Positions 1-9,602 of a stretch of DNA of 64,000 nt are shown here, one piece after another. The stretch is from an uncultured Tepidisphaerales bacterium (GTDB lineage: Bacteria; Planctomycetota; Phycisphaerae; Tepidisphaerales; Tepidisphaeraceae). Every line of letters starts with the position of its first letter. Within the stretch, counting starts at the first letter, position 1. Made by a program: the position numbers and the translations under genes. The notes under the pieces are model-generated. The model did no database searches. It saw only the letters and a list, made by a program, of their open reading frames with translations, and was not told the origin of the DNA. The stretch spans positions 24,423-88,422 of the forward strand of contig CAYMAS010000008.1 in NCBI GenBank assembly GCA_964388485.1, written 5' to 3'.

Positions 1-663
1 CTCGCCGCCGATGCGACGCTCGAGGAAATGCTGGGCAACTTCGAGGCTGTGGTAGCCGTAGCTCTCGATCTGGCCGCCGTTGACCTGCGGGTAAGCGGCG
101 ACGATCTCGCGGAGGTCGGCACCGTCGAGCCGGTCGCGCAGGTTCGGCGTCGTTGGGCACAACGGCAAGCTGCTCGCCGCCAGCAGCGGCACGTCGCTCC
201 CCTCGCACGCCCGCACCATCCGCTGGGCGATCTCGAAGTCGTACGACAGATGCTTGTCGCAGAAGACGGGTGCGACCCCACCGACGCGGTCGAAGGCGGC
301 GAGGATGTCGTTCAGCAATCGCTCACGCGGGTAGAGCTTTTGGCCGAGGTCGTTGTACGGGTAGTCGCCGTGTTCGCCGACGAGCAGGACGCCGTCGATG
401 GCGAGCTTGTCGCCGTCGGTCAGGGCGGCATCGACCGTGTCGTGCAACGGCACACCCGCGTCGCCAAGTCGCTGACGACCGAGGTCGTTGTCGGGGAACT
501 GGTCGAGGTAGACCGATGCCAGCGTCGACTGCCGCCCGTTCGGCGGGGGCCAGCCGTAGCCGACGTCCTCGGGAATCTCCTCAAGCCATCGCGCGGCGAT
601 GACGTCGACGTGCGAGTTCTCCCTGTACTCCGTGCCGATGAGGGCGATGCGTTTGTCGCTCAT
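1..663 (-). CDS. Hypothetical protein, N-terminal 221 codons only (gene continues past the left edge)
   Basis: Reverse frame from ATG (663..661) to position 1 has no stop (checked triplet by triplet). Ordinary composition (MSDKRIALIGTEYRENSHVDVIAARW...) with G/C-rich third positions, unlike the Val/Ala/Arg-rich mirror ORF 28..720(+). ATGA overlap with the upstream stop at 660. Absent from the ORF track because it touches the edge. No family recognised. Confidence 0.6.
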   Translation of the reverse strand, partial: MSDKRIALIGTEYRENSHVDVIAARWLEEIPEDVGYGWPPPNGRQSTLASVYLDQFPDNDLGRQRLGDAGVPLHDTVDAALTDGDKLAIDGVLLVGEHGDYPYNDLGQKLYPRERLLNDILAAFDRVGGVAPVFCDKHLSYDFEIAQRMVRACEGSDVPLLAASSLPLCPTTPNLRDRLDGADLREIVAAYPQVNGGQIESYGYHSLEVAQHFLERRIGGE

Positions 664-1421
664 TCATCCGCTCCGGTAGGGGTGACGCCGTCCGGCCCGA
701 AGCGGTCGGCGGATCGGTAGCCGAGCGCCTTCATCGGCGTCATGTCATAGACCTGCTCGTCCGTGTCCGACAGCAGCGGGGCGACGGCGAATCCGTCGGT
801 CAGGTCCGCCGTCGCGGCTGTGATGATGCCGCGGGCGATGTCGCCAAAGGTGATGCCAAGCGTTCGCCAGCCGTCCTGCCTGATGTGCGTCTCGTTGTAG
901 TGCTCGACCGGATACGGCTGACCCAACCTGAGGCAGACAGCAGAAAACTCGCTCTTGCGGCTGTGGAGTTGGGCCAGGTGCTCGCCGTACAGCTTCGTGA
1001 CGGCGTAGTGGTTCAGCGGCTTGACGGGCGACTCCTCACCGACCGGTTCCATGAGGTCGCGGCCCATGTGCACCGTCAGCGACGACATAAAGACGACCCG
1101 CGACACCTTCGCCCCGGCCGCCGCGGCGAATACGTTGCGCGTGCCCCACACGTTGACGTCGATTTCCGCCCGGTCAAGCTCGTCGTCGTCCGTCATGCCG
1201 CTCGCTTGCAGGTTCGACCGATTGGCAATCGCCAGATGGCAGACGACATCGCACCCGGCGACAGCCTCACGCACGGCCGCGGCGTCGCAGATGTCCAAGG
1301 CCGTGACGTCGACGCCGGCAAATCGGCCGTCGCTTTGATCGGTCGCCTTGAGATCGAAGCGTGCGTCGAGCGTCGGCAGGATCTCGCGGCCGATGCGACC
1401 GGCGGCACCCGTCAGCAGCAT
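660..1421 (-). CDS. NAD-dependent epimerase/dehydratase (SDR superfamily)
   Basis: ORF 660..1493(-). Rossmann motif LLTGAAGRIGREI directly follows the internal Met at 1421, which is the preferred start (1493 is the alternative). Catalytic YxxxK present (HYAVTKLYGE). Confidence 0.8.
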   Translation of the reverse strand: MLLTGAAGRIGREILPTLDARFDLKATDQSDGRFAGVDVTALDICDAAAVREAVAGCDVVCHLAIANRSNLQASGMTDDDELDRAEIDVNVWGTRNVFAAAAGAKVSRVVFMSSLTVHMGRDLMEPVGEESPVKPLNHYAVTKLYGEHLAQLHSRKSEFSAVCLRLGQPYPVEHYNETHIRQDGWRTLGITFGDIARGIITAATADLTDGFAVAPLLSDTDEQVYDMTPMKALGYRSADRFGPDGVTPTGADE

Positions 1422-1632
1422 GCGAGGCTTCGCCGGATAGTCGGCTGGAGGACTCAAGACGACGAACCCTACCGGAATCATGCATTCCGTCAAGCGGCAT
1501 CCTTACCGTTAGGCGACTCAGACGAATTGCCGCATGGATCCGGGTCGAGTTCTCGGCTTCCGCTTGCGTTCCGCTACTGATGATAGTACCATTCCGTCAG
1601 ACCGAACGCTTGCACTTCATCCACCTGCCCAC

Positions 1633-2343
1633 ATGCTTCTCCAGGATCCCCCTTCCGCCCGCCGCCGCCACGACGCTGATTCCGAAGCTGGTGACAACTG
1701 GTCGCCCATCGAGCAGTGGGCCGACGTGACGACTGCGCTGGCTTGTGACGCGCTCGACCAGCTCGGCCGACGGCACCAGTGGGCCGGCCCCGGCTTCGCC
1801 TTCGCCAGCAGCGAGGGCATTCTCGTCGGCCGCTGCCGCACCACGCAGTGGGAAGGCGTCGACGATCACGACCCCTCGCCTTACGAGCTCGAACTGCAGG
1901 CCGTCGACGGCTGCCGGCCGGGTGACGTCTTCATTGCCGCTGCGTCGGGCACCGGAGATTCGGGCATCTGGGGCGAACTGCTCAGCACCGCCGCCCGCAA
2001 CAGCGGCTGCGTCGGTGCCGTCGTCGACGGGTTTGTCCGCGACACCCGGCAGATGAACAAGATGAACTTTCCCTGCGTCGCCCGCGGCATCAGCCCGCTC
2101 GACAGCCAGCACCGCCAGCGAGTCGCGGCCGTCGACGTTCCCGTCGAGATCGGCGGCGTAACGGTGCGGACGGGCGACATCGTTGTCGCCGATCCCGACG
2201 GCGTCGTCTTCGTGCCGAGTGACGTGGCCGACGAGGTGCTCCGCCTCGCGAAGGAGAAGATCGGCGACGAAAGCTTGGCCCGCAAAGCGATTCTCAACGG
2301 CATGTCGGCCGTCGACGCCTACGAGCGTTACGGCGTGCTGTGA
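1633..2343 (+). CDS. RraA family protein (HMG/CHA aldolase or RNase E inhibitor-like)
   Basis: ORF 1534..2343(+). Core GDVFIAAASG...GIWGELLSTAARNSGCVGAVVDGFVRD...GDIVVADPDGVVFVP is typical of the RraA/demethylmenaquinone-methyltransferase-like fold. ATG at 1633 is the likely start. Confidence 0.75.
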   Translation: MLLQDPPSARRRHDADSEAGDNWSPIEQWADVTTALACDALDQLGRRHQWAGPGFAFASSEGILVGRCRTTQWEGVDDHDPSPYELELQAVDGCRPGDVFIAAASGTGDSGIWGELLSTAARNSGCVGAVVDGFVRDTRQMNKMNFPCVARGISPLDSQHRQRVAAVDVPVEIGGVTVRTGDIVVADPDGVVFVPSDVADEVLRLAKEKIGDESLARKAILNGMSAVDAYERYGVL

Positions 2344-2632
2344 CGCGTCATCCCGTTCGCGGGTAGCGGCTACTTTTGTAGGTCACAGTCGATTACTTTC
2401 GAGGCTTTGGCTAGACGCTTGCGTAGCTCCGCTCCGGCAGGTGTGCCGCCGAAGCGGCGCGAACTCAGGTCGGGGAGAGGGCATATGTCATCACGCTCGA
2501 CGTCGCCGATGCCGACGCTTGTGACGCAGTCGCCTTAGGCGTTGCGCCGAAGGTTGCCTCAGCGGCAACGCGTGAGTGATCGATGACGGCTAGACAACGG
2601 CCTGATCCCGATTCGGTCGTGCTGTCAGCCGA

Positions 2633-3556
2633 TCAGTGGGCCATCATCGACAGCCCGCCGCCGCCGCAGGGGCCGCCGTCGGGGGAGGCATCGTACTCGA
2701 CGAGGCTGCCGTCGAGGTCGAGCAACGGGTTGTAGAACTTGGCGATTTGCCGGCACGATCGCGGGGCGTAGTGGAAGATGAGCGACCGGCGGAACCGGTC
2801 AGCCGAGCGGTTGCGGTAGCTGCCGTGGACGAGGCTGCCGTTGAAAAACAAGACATCGCCGGCCTTCATCCGGGCGACTTTCGGCTCGACGCCGTCGGGC
2901 AACGCAAGCGAGCTTTCGCCCCAGAACTCGTCGGCATTCTTCTTGGAAGTCTCGTTGCCGTTGCAGATGATGTCCCAACCGCCGCTGCCGGGCACGACGG
3001 CCATCGCGCCGTTCTCCTCGTCGCAATCGTCGATCGCCATCCACGCGGCCATGCAGGTGCCGGGGCGAATCGAGAGGAAGACGTTGTCCTGGTGCAACGC
3101 TTGGCCGCGGGCACCGGGGCCCTTGAAGTAGTACATGCTTTGTGCCGCGACCGGCGGCTCGCCGTAGAGGCCGGCGACGACATCGGTCACGCGGCGGTCG
3201 AGCATCCAACGCAGGGCGAGGCGGCCAAAGTCCTGCTCCGCGTGGCGGTGCGGGTGGAGCATCCGCGGGAATCGACGCAACATCTCGTCGCGGCCGGCAC
3301 CGTCCGTATCGAGCATATTCGCGTCGGCGAGCCCCTCAATCGGGCCCTTGTCGCCGGCGGCCTGGAAGACGTCGCGGATGTCGGCGACCTCGTCTGGTGA
3401 CAGCAGCGACCGGACGATGCCGACGCCGGTGGTCTCGAAGTCGGCCATCTCGTCGGGAGTCGGCGGCGCGGACAGCTCCGTGATCTCGAGGCCGGCGGCG
3501 ACCGTCAGATCGTTCACACCGTCATGGATGGCGTAGGGGTCAGTAGTGGTTGACAT
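2633..3556 (-). CDS. Phytanoyl-CoA dioxygenase (PhyH) family Fe(II)/2-oxoglutarate dioxygenase
   Basis: 307-aa ORF. HQDN (His-x-Asp), distal His in SLVHGSYRN, and RFRRSLIFHY tail match the PhyH family pattern. Confidence 0.8.
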   Translation of the reverse strand: MSTTTDPYAIHDGVNDLTVAAGLEITELSAPPTPDEMADFETTGVGIVRSLLSPDEVADIRDVFQAAGDKGPIEGLADANMLDTDGAGRDEMLRRFPRMLHPHRHAEQDFGRLALRWMLDRRVTDVVAGLYGEPPVAAQSMYYFKGPGARGQALHQDNVFLSIRPGTCMAAWMAIDDCDEENGAMAVVPGSGGWDIICNGNETSKKNADEFWGESSLALPDGVEPKVARMKAGDVLFFNGSLVHGSYRNRSADRFRRSLIFHYAPRSCRQIAKFYNPLLDLDGSLVEYDASPDGGPCGGGGLSMMAH

Positions 3557-3570
3557 GCCGCAAAACGTAC

Positions 3571-4458
3571 ATGGCGGGGGTCAACCTGCCAATGGATCGG
3601 GCGATCAAAGGCTTGTACAATTCGATGATGTCCGTCCGTCCGATTCGTGTCGACAGCGACACGCTCAACCGACCGCGGACGCCCGTCCGTGTTGCATCGC
3701 CGGGCTACTTCGAGTGCGGCCCTACCTACAGAGTTCGTCGCGGCGGGCAGGCGGATTTGCTGATAATCGTCACGCAGCAGGGGGCGGGACTTCTTCAATC
3801 CAAGGGGGTTTCGCTGACGCTTCAACCGGGTGAGGCGGCCGTGTGGCTTCCGCAATCGGACCAGGATTACGGCACGTGCCCGGAGGCGAGGCGTTGGAGC
3901 TTTCGATGGGCACACGCGATGCCGCGAGCCGAGTGGTGGGCGTCGCTCGACTGGCCGACGCCGCTGCCAGGTGTGGCGAAGGTGCGGCTGGTCGACCCGC
4001 AGGCGCGGCAGGGAGCGTCATCGGCACTGCGGCATGCGGTTGAATTGGCTTCCTCGTCGCTGCCGGGTGCCGAGCGACTCGTCGAAAACGCGGTCGAGGA
4101 GACGCTGCTTTGGTGTGCAACGCAGGCGACGGCTCAGGGGCGGCTCGACGCGCGTGTGCGGGCCGCGTCGGATGTCGTGCGGCGAAACCTGCATCGACGC
4201 ATCAGCGTCGAAGAAATGGCCGAGGCGGCGGGCGTGAGCGAGCCGCGTTTGACGACACTGTTTCGCCAGTCGCTGGGTACGTCGCCAGCCAAACACGCTG
4301 AAGACGTGCGGCTGCAACACGCTGCTCACCTGCTTCGGTCGGGAAACCTGTCGGCGAAGGAAGTCGCCCATGCCTGCGGCTTCCATGACCCGCCTCACTT
4401 CAGCCGACGCTACCGGCAGAAGTACGGTCGATCACCGACTGAGGCAGAGACGTCCTGA
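3571..4458 (+). CDS. AraC family transcriptional regulator
   Basis: C-terminal double HTH (VEEMAEAAGVSEPRLTTLFRQ...VAHACGFHDPPHFSRRYRQKYGRSP). Divergent from the PhyH gene. ATG 3571 preferred over TTG 3550, which would overlap the divergent start. Confidence 0.85.
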   Translation: MAGVNLPMDRAIKGLYNSMMSVRPIRVDSDTLNRPRTPVRVASPGYFECGPTYRVRRGGQADLLIIVTQQGAGLLQSKGVSLTLQPGEAAVWLPQSDQDYGTCPEARRWSFRWAHAMPRAEWWASLDWPTPLPGVAKVRLVDPQARQGASSALRHAVELASSSLPGAERLVENAVEETLLWCATQATAQGRLDARVRAASDVVRRNLHRRISVEEMAEAAGVSEPRLTTLFRQSLGTSPAKHAEDVRLQHAAHLLRSGNLSAKEVAHACGFHDPPHFSRRYRQKYGRSPTEAETS

Positions 4459-4555
4459 TTGAAGTTCGACACAGCGGAATCATTGCTCTACGCTGACGGA
4501 ACAACGTGCCGGGAGCTGTCGAGTTTGAGGCCCCGGCTTGTGGACGTCCCCCACT

Positions 4556-5494
4556 ATGAAATGGCCGCGCACCTTGCTCTGCATCGGCATCCTCGCGTTG
4601 TCGACGGCGGTCGTGCTCGTCAAGCTCAGCCAGATGCCACCTGGTCTAACCGCGGCGGCCCGGCTGCTAATCGGGGCCATTGTGCTGACGCCGCTGATGC
4701 TGATGGAGCGTCGACGCTCGGGCGCATCACGGAAGGCGGTGACCTACGGGTCGGTCGTAACCGTCGCGTTGCCCGCGACGTTCTTGGCGGGGCACTTCGT
4801 CACGCTGTTCGCGGGCGTGCGGCTGACGTCGGTATCCAATGCCACGCTCATCGCGAACATGATGCCCGTCGTCATGCCGTTCTGGCTCTACCTGTCGATG
4901 CGGGAGCGGGTCAATCGTGCCGAACTCGTCGGCAGCGGCTTGGCGTTGCTGGGGCTGATCGTGCTGGCCGGAGGCTCGGTGCAAGTCAGCTTGCTGAGCC
5001 TCAATGGCGACCTGCTGTGCGGCCTGAGCATGTTCCTTGCCGTCGGGTACCTTGTGTCGGCTCGACGCAGCAATCGACGCGACGCGATGTTCAGCTACAT
5101 CGTGCCGCTGTATCTAGTCGCATCGGCCTTGTGTTTCGGCTACAGCGTCGCCAGCGGTGAGCTTGCTCAGGCGGCGGTGATGGAGCTTGATCCTTACCGC
5201 GAGGGCTTGCTGCTCCTGCTGCTTGGCGTCATCCCCACCGCCATCGGGCACAGCGTACTCAACGTGGCGATGGTTTACCTTCGCGGCCAAACCGTCGCGG
5301 TTGCCGTCTTGGGTGAGGTGGTGCTGGCATCGATGCTGGCGGTGCCGGTGCTAGGGGAGTGGCCGCGTGTAGCGTTCTACCCGGCCGCGGGCTGCATCCT
5401 GCTAGGCGTCTTGGCCGTGATCTTCGGCCAGTCGAGTCGGTGGCGTCTCGTCGCGTTCCGCCCCTTCATCGTGCGGATGCCGCCACCCGCCTAG
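4556..5494 (+). CDS. EamA/DMT family transporter
   Basis: Roughly ten hydrophobic helices in two similar halves, typical of drug/metabolite transporters. ATG 4556 (MKWPRTLLCIGILAL...) or TTG 4538. Confidence 0.75.
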   Translation: MKWPRTLLCIGILALSTAVVLVKLSQMPPGLTAAARLLIGAIVLTPLMLMERRRSGASRKAVTYGSVVTVALPATFLAGHFVTLFAGVRLTSVSNATLIANMMPVVMPFWLYLSMRERVNRAELVGSGLALLGLIVLAGGSVQVSLLSLNGDLLCGLSMFLAVGYLVSARRSNRRDAMFSYIVPLYLVASALCFGYSVASGELAQAAVMELDPYREGLLLLLLGVIPTAIGHSVLNVAMVYLRGQTVAVAVLGEVVLASMLAVPVLGEWPRVAFYPAAGCILLGVLAVIFGQSSRWRLVAFRPFIVRMPPPA

Positions 5495-5610
5495 CCGTTT
5501 GAATCGAGATGACTGAGCAGGTAGCCTGCGGGGATCACGCAAGCTGCTTGGAACTGGAGGAGCCGGCTGCGAGAGACGGTTAAGGAAACGCGTCCAGCTC
5601 AACTGCGGCC

Positions 5611-6330
5611 TTAGTGTGTCATAAGCGACTTCCAGAGCAGTCGGAACAACTCCCGCCGCTCGGTGTCGCGCTCCCGAAGCGTCGCGGCAGCGTTCGCCTC
5701 GTGTCCCGGCAGCGTGGCCAGCGCATCGCCTGAGACTTCCGGGTGACAGCCACAGAGGACGACGGTGCCGTCGCCACTGGCCACTCGGGCGGCGGCAAGG
5801 CGTTCGCCGGTGTAGGTGGCCAGCGTCTCGACCTCCGCACCGTCGTCCGGCCGAAGCTCAAAGCCGCCCCAATAAAGCGTCGGCAGCCGCCGGCCGTCGG
5901 TTGTCGTCAGGTCGACCACGCTCGCAACGGCGGGATCGTCGCGGAACGGCGGGGAGAGATCCGGCAGCGGACCGGAGGCGGTACCAGGGTAGAAGCCCAG
6001 CGGCCGGTCCGCCTGTGTGTGGAGGTCCGGCGACTCGAAGACGATCCGCCTCGCCGCCAGATACCCGCCGGCGCAGGAGCCGAAGTACCGCCCGCCACGC
6101 TTGACGTATCGACGCATCGACGCGAAGCCGTCGTCGCCCAGCGCCCGGATCATCGGCCGATCCGCACCGCCCGGCATCACCAGTGCCGACGCCTGATACC
6201 AATCGTCACCCCGCAGCACGCCAGCAGCAACACGACGACACTCGACACCCAGATCCGTCAACGCCGCCTCAAAGCAGGAGGTGACGAACGGTCCGGCGCC
6301 CTCATCGTCGTAGATCAGAACCGGGGGCAT
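5611..6330 (-). CDS. BPL_N domain protein (biotin-protein-ligase N-terminal, class I glutamine amidotransferase-like fold)
   Basis: MPPVLIYDDEGAG...ALVMPGGADRPM...GGRYFGSCAGGYLA resembles the stand-alone BPL_N/GATase1-like family. No ligase domain attached. Confidence 0.6.
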   Translation of the reverse strand: MPPVLIYDDEGAGPFVTSCFEAALTDLGVECRRVAAGVLRGDDWYQASALVMPGGADRPMIRALGDDGFASMRRYVKRGGRYFGSCAGGYLAARRIVFESPDLHTQADRPLGFYPGTASGPLPDLSPPFRDDPAVASVVDLTTTDGRRLPTLYWGGFELRPDDGAEVETLATYTGERLAAARVASGDGTVVLCGCHPEVSGDALATLPGHEANAAATLRERDTERRELFRLLWKSLMTH

Positions 6331-6386
6331 CCAGCAAGCTACGCAGTCGCGGGATCATGAAGACAAGCGGGATGGTTCGGGTGTCG

Positions 6387-7532
6387 CTAAGCGTCCAGGC
6401 CTGCGCGTCGCCGGACGTCGGACATGAATCGCACGACCTGGGCCGCGACCTGTTCGAGCCGGTCCTCCGTCGCCGCGATCGCTTCGTCGAGCGACTGCGG
6501 CTCACGCGTCAACGAGAAGACGCCCGAAATTCCTTTGGACGACGCGTCTTCGGCGGTATCCGAGTCGACGCTGCCGGCCAGGACGACACACGGCACCTCC
6601 GCCTCTCGGCACAACTTGCCGACGCCTGCGGCGACCTTGCCGTCGAGGGAGCTGGCGTCGAATCGGCCTTCGCCGGTGAAACAGAGGTACGCTTCCTGAA
6701 GCTTTCGACGCAAGCCGACCGTCTCCGTCACCGCATCCACGCCCGCCTGCACGTCCGCCTTGCACGCCATGCCGAGGCCGTAGGCCAAGCCGCCGGCTGC
6801 GCCGAGGTGCTTCTCGTTGCCGCTGCGACCGCACACTTCAACGGCCCGCTCCAGACCACGCTCCAGCACCGCCACGCCATCATCGTCGGCACCCTTTTGC
6901 CTGGCGAACCGCTGTGCGGCACCGGCCTGACCCGTCAGGAAGCTGTCAACGTCCGCCAGGCACACCACGCGAGCCCCGAGCCCGACCGTCGGCACCTCGA
7001 CGTGCTCTAGCCGCAGCAAATCGGCACCGGTGAAGGGTCGGCTGATGTCGCCTTCGCCTTCGATGCGGAACGTCATGCCCAAAGCCTGCGCCGCTCCGAG
7101 GCCGGCGTCGCAGGTCGCGCTGCCGCCGAGGCCGACGAGGATGCGTCGACATCCCGCGTCGGCCGCGTGGCGGATCAACTCGCCGACGCCGAAGGTCGTC
7201 GTTTTCAAGGGATTGGCCTCTTGGCCTGATAGCAGCTTGAGGCCGGCCGCGTCGGCCATGTCGATGACCGCCGTGGTGCCGTCGTCGCTGATGCGGATCG
7301 TCGCCGCGACCTGCGTCTCGGGCAGGGGGCCGGTGACGGTACAGGATCGACTCGTCCCGATGCCCAGTCCCGCCGACAACGCTTCAGCCGTCCCTTCGCC
7401 CCCGTCGGCCATGGGTGCCAGATCGACCTCGGCCTCGGGCAGCACCTGGCGGATCCCACGACGAATCGCCTGACACGCCGCATCGGCAGTGACGGCGTGC
7501 TTGAACTTGTCGGCGGCAACGACCATCCTCAT
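6387..7532 (-). CDS. Glycerate kinase
   Basis: MRMVVAADKFKH...LAPMADGGEGTAEAL...ILVGLGGSATCDAG follow the glycerate kinase (GlxK/GarK) family pattern. Met at 7532 preferred over 7571. Confidence 0.85.
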   Translation of the reverse strand: MRMVVAADKFKHAVTADAACQAIRRGIRQVLPEAEVDLAPMADGGEGTAEALSAGLGIGTSRSCTVTGPLPETQVAATIRISDDGTTAVIDMADAAGLKLLSGQEANPLKTTTFGVGELIRHAADAGCRRILVGLGGSATCDAGLGAAQALGMTFRIEGEGDISRPFTGADLLRLEHVEVPTVGLGARVVCLADVDSFLTGQAGAAQRFARQKGADDDGVAVLERGLERAVEVCGRSGNEKHLGAAGGLAYGLGMACKADVQAGVDAVTETVGLRRKLQEAYLCFTGEGRFDASSLDGKVAAGVGKLCREAEVPCVVLAGSVDSDTAEDASSKGISGVFSLTREPQSLDEAIAATEDRLEQVAAQVVRFMSDVRRRAGLDA

Positions 7533-7569
7533 CCCCGCGCCTCGGCTGGTTGGCCCTGGAACGCCCTGC

Positions 7570-9090
7570 ATGAACGATACCCTTCAAGACTCGTGCCACA
7601 TGTCTCACGGCTCGTGCCACATGTCCCCGGCGTCCCGAGCCGCAAGTCGCCGCTGGGCCCTCGGCTACGTCGTCGGCTTCGCCATTCTCTCGGGTCTGAT
7701 GGCCATCCTGAGCATCGGCTTCCTCGAAGCTGACGGCATCACGCACTTCCTCTACGCCGAGGCCAGCCTCGCGTATCCGTGGATTCTGACCGACGTGTGG
7801 GGTCGGCCGATCGTCAAGCTCCTCCACGCACTGCCCGCCGCAGTGCCGTTGAAGCTGGGCGGCCTGCACGAGGGGTTGGTGATGGTGCGATGGACCAGTT
7901 TGGCCGTGGCACTGGTCGGAGCGTGGCTGTCGTATCTCGTCGCCCGCGATCTTCCGCTGCTTCAACGGCGACCCGATGTCGCGGCGGTCTGCGTCCTCGG
8001 GTCGCCGTTGGTGTTCCTGCACAGCTTCGCGGAGTTGACTGAATTGCCGTTCGGCTTGGTGTGCATCGCGGCGTTGCTGGCGTACGCGAGGCGCAGGTGG
8101 TGGTTGCTGGCGTTGCTGGGCGGGCTGCTGCCGGCAGCGAGGCCGGAGGGCATCGGATTCATCCTCATGATCGCAACAGGCCTGGTGCTGCATCGTCGCT
8201 GGCTGGCGTTGCCGTGGTTGCTGGTCGGGCCGCTGGGTTGGGCGACGGCGGGTTGGCTCATCAGCGGCCAGCCGGGTGTTTGGCCGATGGCGGCGGTGCG
8301 TTGGCTGCTGGCGGCGTGGCCTTATTCTGAAGAGAGCGCCTACGCGAGCGGGCCGTTGCTCAAGTTCGTCGGCATGCTGCCTGCGGCGGTGGGGCCCGGG
8401 TTGTTCCCGGCGGTGCTGGTCGGGTGGTGGCTGTCGCTGCGGGTCGCTTGGCCCTTGCCAACGAGGCGGAACGACCATGCCGGTCGCACGTGGCTGCTGG
8501 TGGGGCTGGTGACGGGCATCGTCCTCGTCGTCCACAGCCTGCTGCACTGGACGGGCCGGATGGCATCGAGCGGCGACGTCCGCTACCTCGTCGCGGTCTG
8601 GCCGTTTTGGGGCTTGCTGGCGGCGGGGGGCCTCATCTGGCTGTGCGAGCGGCTGGCCATCGAACGGATGACGCGCGCGGCGGTGCTTCTGGCGGCGGTG
8701 CCGATGATTCTGTTGCAGCTGGCCTACCCGGTCGTGCCGCTCGGCGACGACAACGGAGCCACCGCCGCCAAGGAAGTCGCCGCGTGGTACCAATCGCCGG
8801 AGTCGGCCGAGCTTCGCTACCGGTTTCCGCACACGCGGGTCGATCACCCGGTCTTCCGCCTCGTCGTCGACATCGGCCCCTTCTCCGGCGGATCGCGGCA
8901 GCTCGTCCAGGATCGGCCGCCGGGCGTGCTCTACCTGTGGCACGAGGTCTTCAGCAACTACAACGCCGATAGTCAATACACCGTCTCCGCCGACGTCCCA
9001 CCCGCCGCCGGATGGCTCGATGTGACGCCAAACGACTTCCCGCAAGGCTGGCGTGTCTTCGTGTCGGAGCCGGCCAATGACCCCGCATAG
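7570..9090 (+). CDS. Polytopic membrane protein, GT-C (ArnT/PMT_2-like) glycosyltransferase candidate
   Basis: Many TM helices. Early loop FLEADGITHFLYAE resembles the acidic first-loop motif of GT-C enzymes. About 130-aa soluble C-terminus. Start uncertain (7489/7570). A 553-aa antisense shadow ORF (7384..9045) is rejected. Confidence 0.5.
   Translation: MNDTLQDSCHMSHGSCHMSPASRAASRRWALGYVVGFAILSGLMAILSIGFLEADGITHFLYAEASLAYPWILTDVWGRPIVKLLHALPAAVPLKLGGLHEGLVMVRWTSLAVALVGAWLSYLVARDLPLLQRRPDVAAVCVLGSPLVFLHSFAELTELPFGLVCIAALLAYARRRWWLLALLGGLLPAARPEGIGFILMIATGLVLHRRWLALPWLLVGPLGWATAGWLISGQPGVWPMAAVRWLLAAWPYSEESAYASGPLLKFVGMLPAAVGPGLFPAVLVGWWLSLRVAWPLPTRRNDHAGRTWLLVGLVTGIVLVVHSLLHWTGRMASSGDVRYLVAVWPFWGLLAAGGLIWLCERLAIERMTRAAVLLAAVPMILLQLAYPVVPLGDDNGATAAKEVAAWYQSPESAELRYRFPHTRVDHPVFRLVVDIGPFSGGSRQLVQDRPPGVLYLWHEVFSNYNADSQYTVSADVPPAAGWLDVTPNDFPQGWRVFVSEPANDPA
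7590..7631 (+). repeat. 21-bp tandem duplication inside the 5' end of the membrane-protein gene
   Basis: ctcgtgccacatgtc occurs at 7590..7604 and again at 7611..7625 (period 21 bp, 7 codons). This gives SCHMSHG/SCHMSPA. Confidence 0.8.
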
Positions 9091-9098
9091 CGTTGCAC

Positions 9099-9485
9099 AT
9101 GAGCACCGATAAGAAGCCCGTCGTCACCCTCGTCGGCCACTGCGGCCCCGACAGCTCGTTCCTCCGCATGGCCATCAGCAGTGCCGCCCCTGGAGCCACC
9201 ATCACGATGGCCGACACTCATCGCGAGCTCGCCGACGCCGTCGACGCCAAGCCGGACCTGATGATGTTCAACCGCGTGCTTGAGAGCGGCTTCGACGACT
9301 CGGACGGCGTCTCGCTCATGAAGCAGACGCACGCCGAGCACGACGTGAAGGTCATGATGATCAGCAACTTCGAGAAGACGCAAGCCGACGCCGAAGCCGC
9401 CGGAGCCGTCCCCGGCTTCGGCAAAGGGGACATCGGCAGCGACAAGGCGAAGCAGCGGATTCGCGATGCGTTGGGATTGGCGTGA
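9099..9485 (+). CDS. Small cytoplasmic protein with CheY-like (pseudo-receiver) pattern
   Basis: VVTLVGHCGPD...PDLMMFNRVLESGFDDSDG...KVMMISNF...GFGKG mimics receiver beta1/beta3/beta4/beta5 spacing, but the phospho-acceptor Asp position is Asn. ATG 9099 (TTG 9093 alternative). Confidence 0.45.
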   Translation: MSTDKKPVVTLVGHCGPDSSFLRMAISSAAPGATITMADTHRELADAVDAKPDLMMFNRVLESGFDDSDGVSLMKQTHAEHDVKVMMISNFEKTQADAEAAGAVPGFGKGDIGSDKAKQRIRDALGLA

Positions 9486-9602
9486 CCTTGAGCATCAATT
9501 GGGCGTGACTTCGAGCGTTGACAGGTCGGTCGGTGCGACGGCATGGTTGTTGGCACAGGCAACGCCGTTTGTTGCCGTCAACGAGACCCGTTTTACCCGC
9601 TC

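Noticed and set aside
28-720. 230-aa plus-strand ORF at the left edge
   Set aside because: It is the exact antisense mirror (same triplet phase) of a better reverse-strand frame. Its Val/Ala/Arg/Asp-rich composition is typical of shadow ORFs in high-GC DNA.
2344-2632. Possible tRNA or small RNA in the AT-richer 289-bp gap
   Set aside because: No cloverleaf elements (no GTTCGAATC-like T-arm, no acceptor pairing) were visible. There is only a short hairpin, so no RNA gene can be supported.
7384-9045. 553-aa minus-strand ORF
   Set aside because: Arg/Pro/Gln/His-rich low-complexity translation, antisense to a convincing polytopic membrane protein. Shadow ORF.
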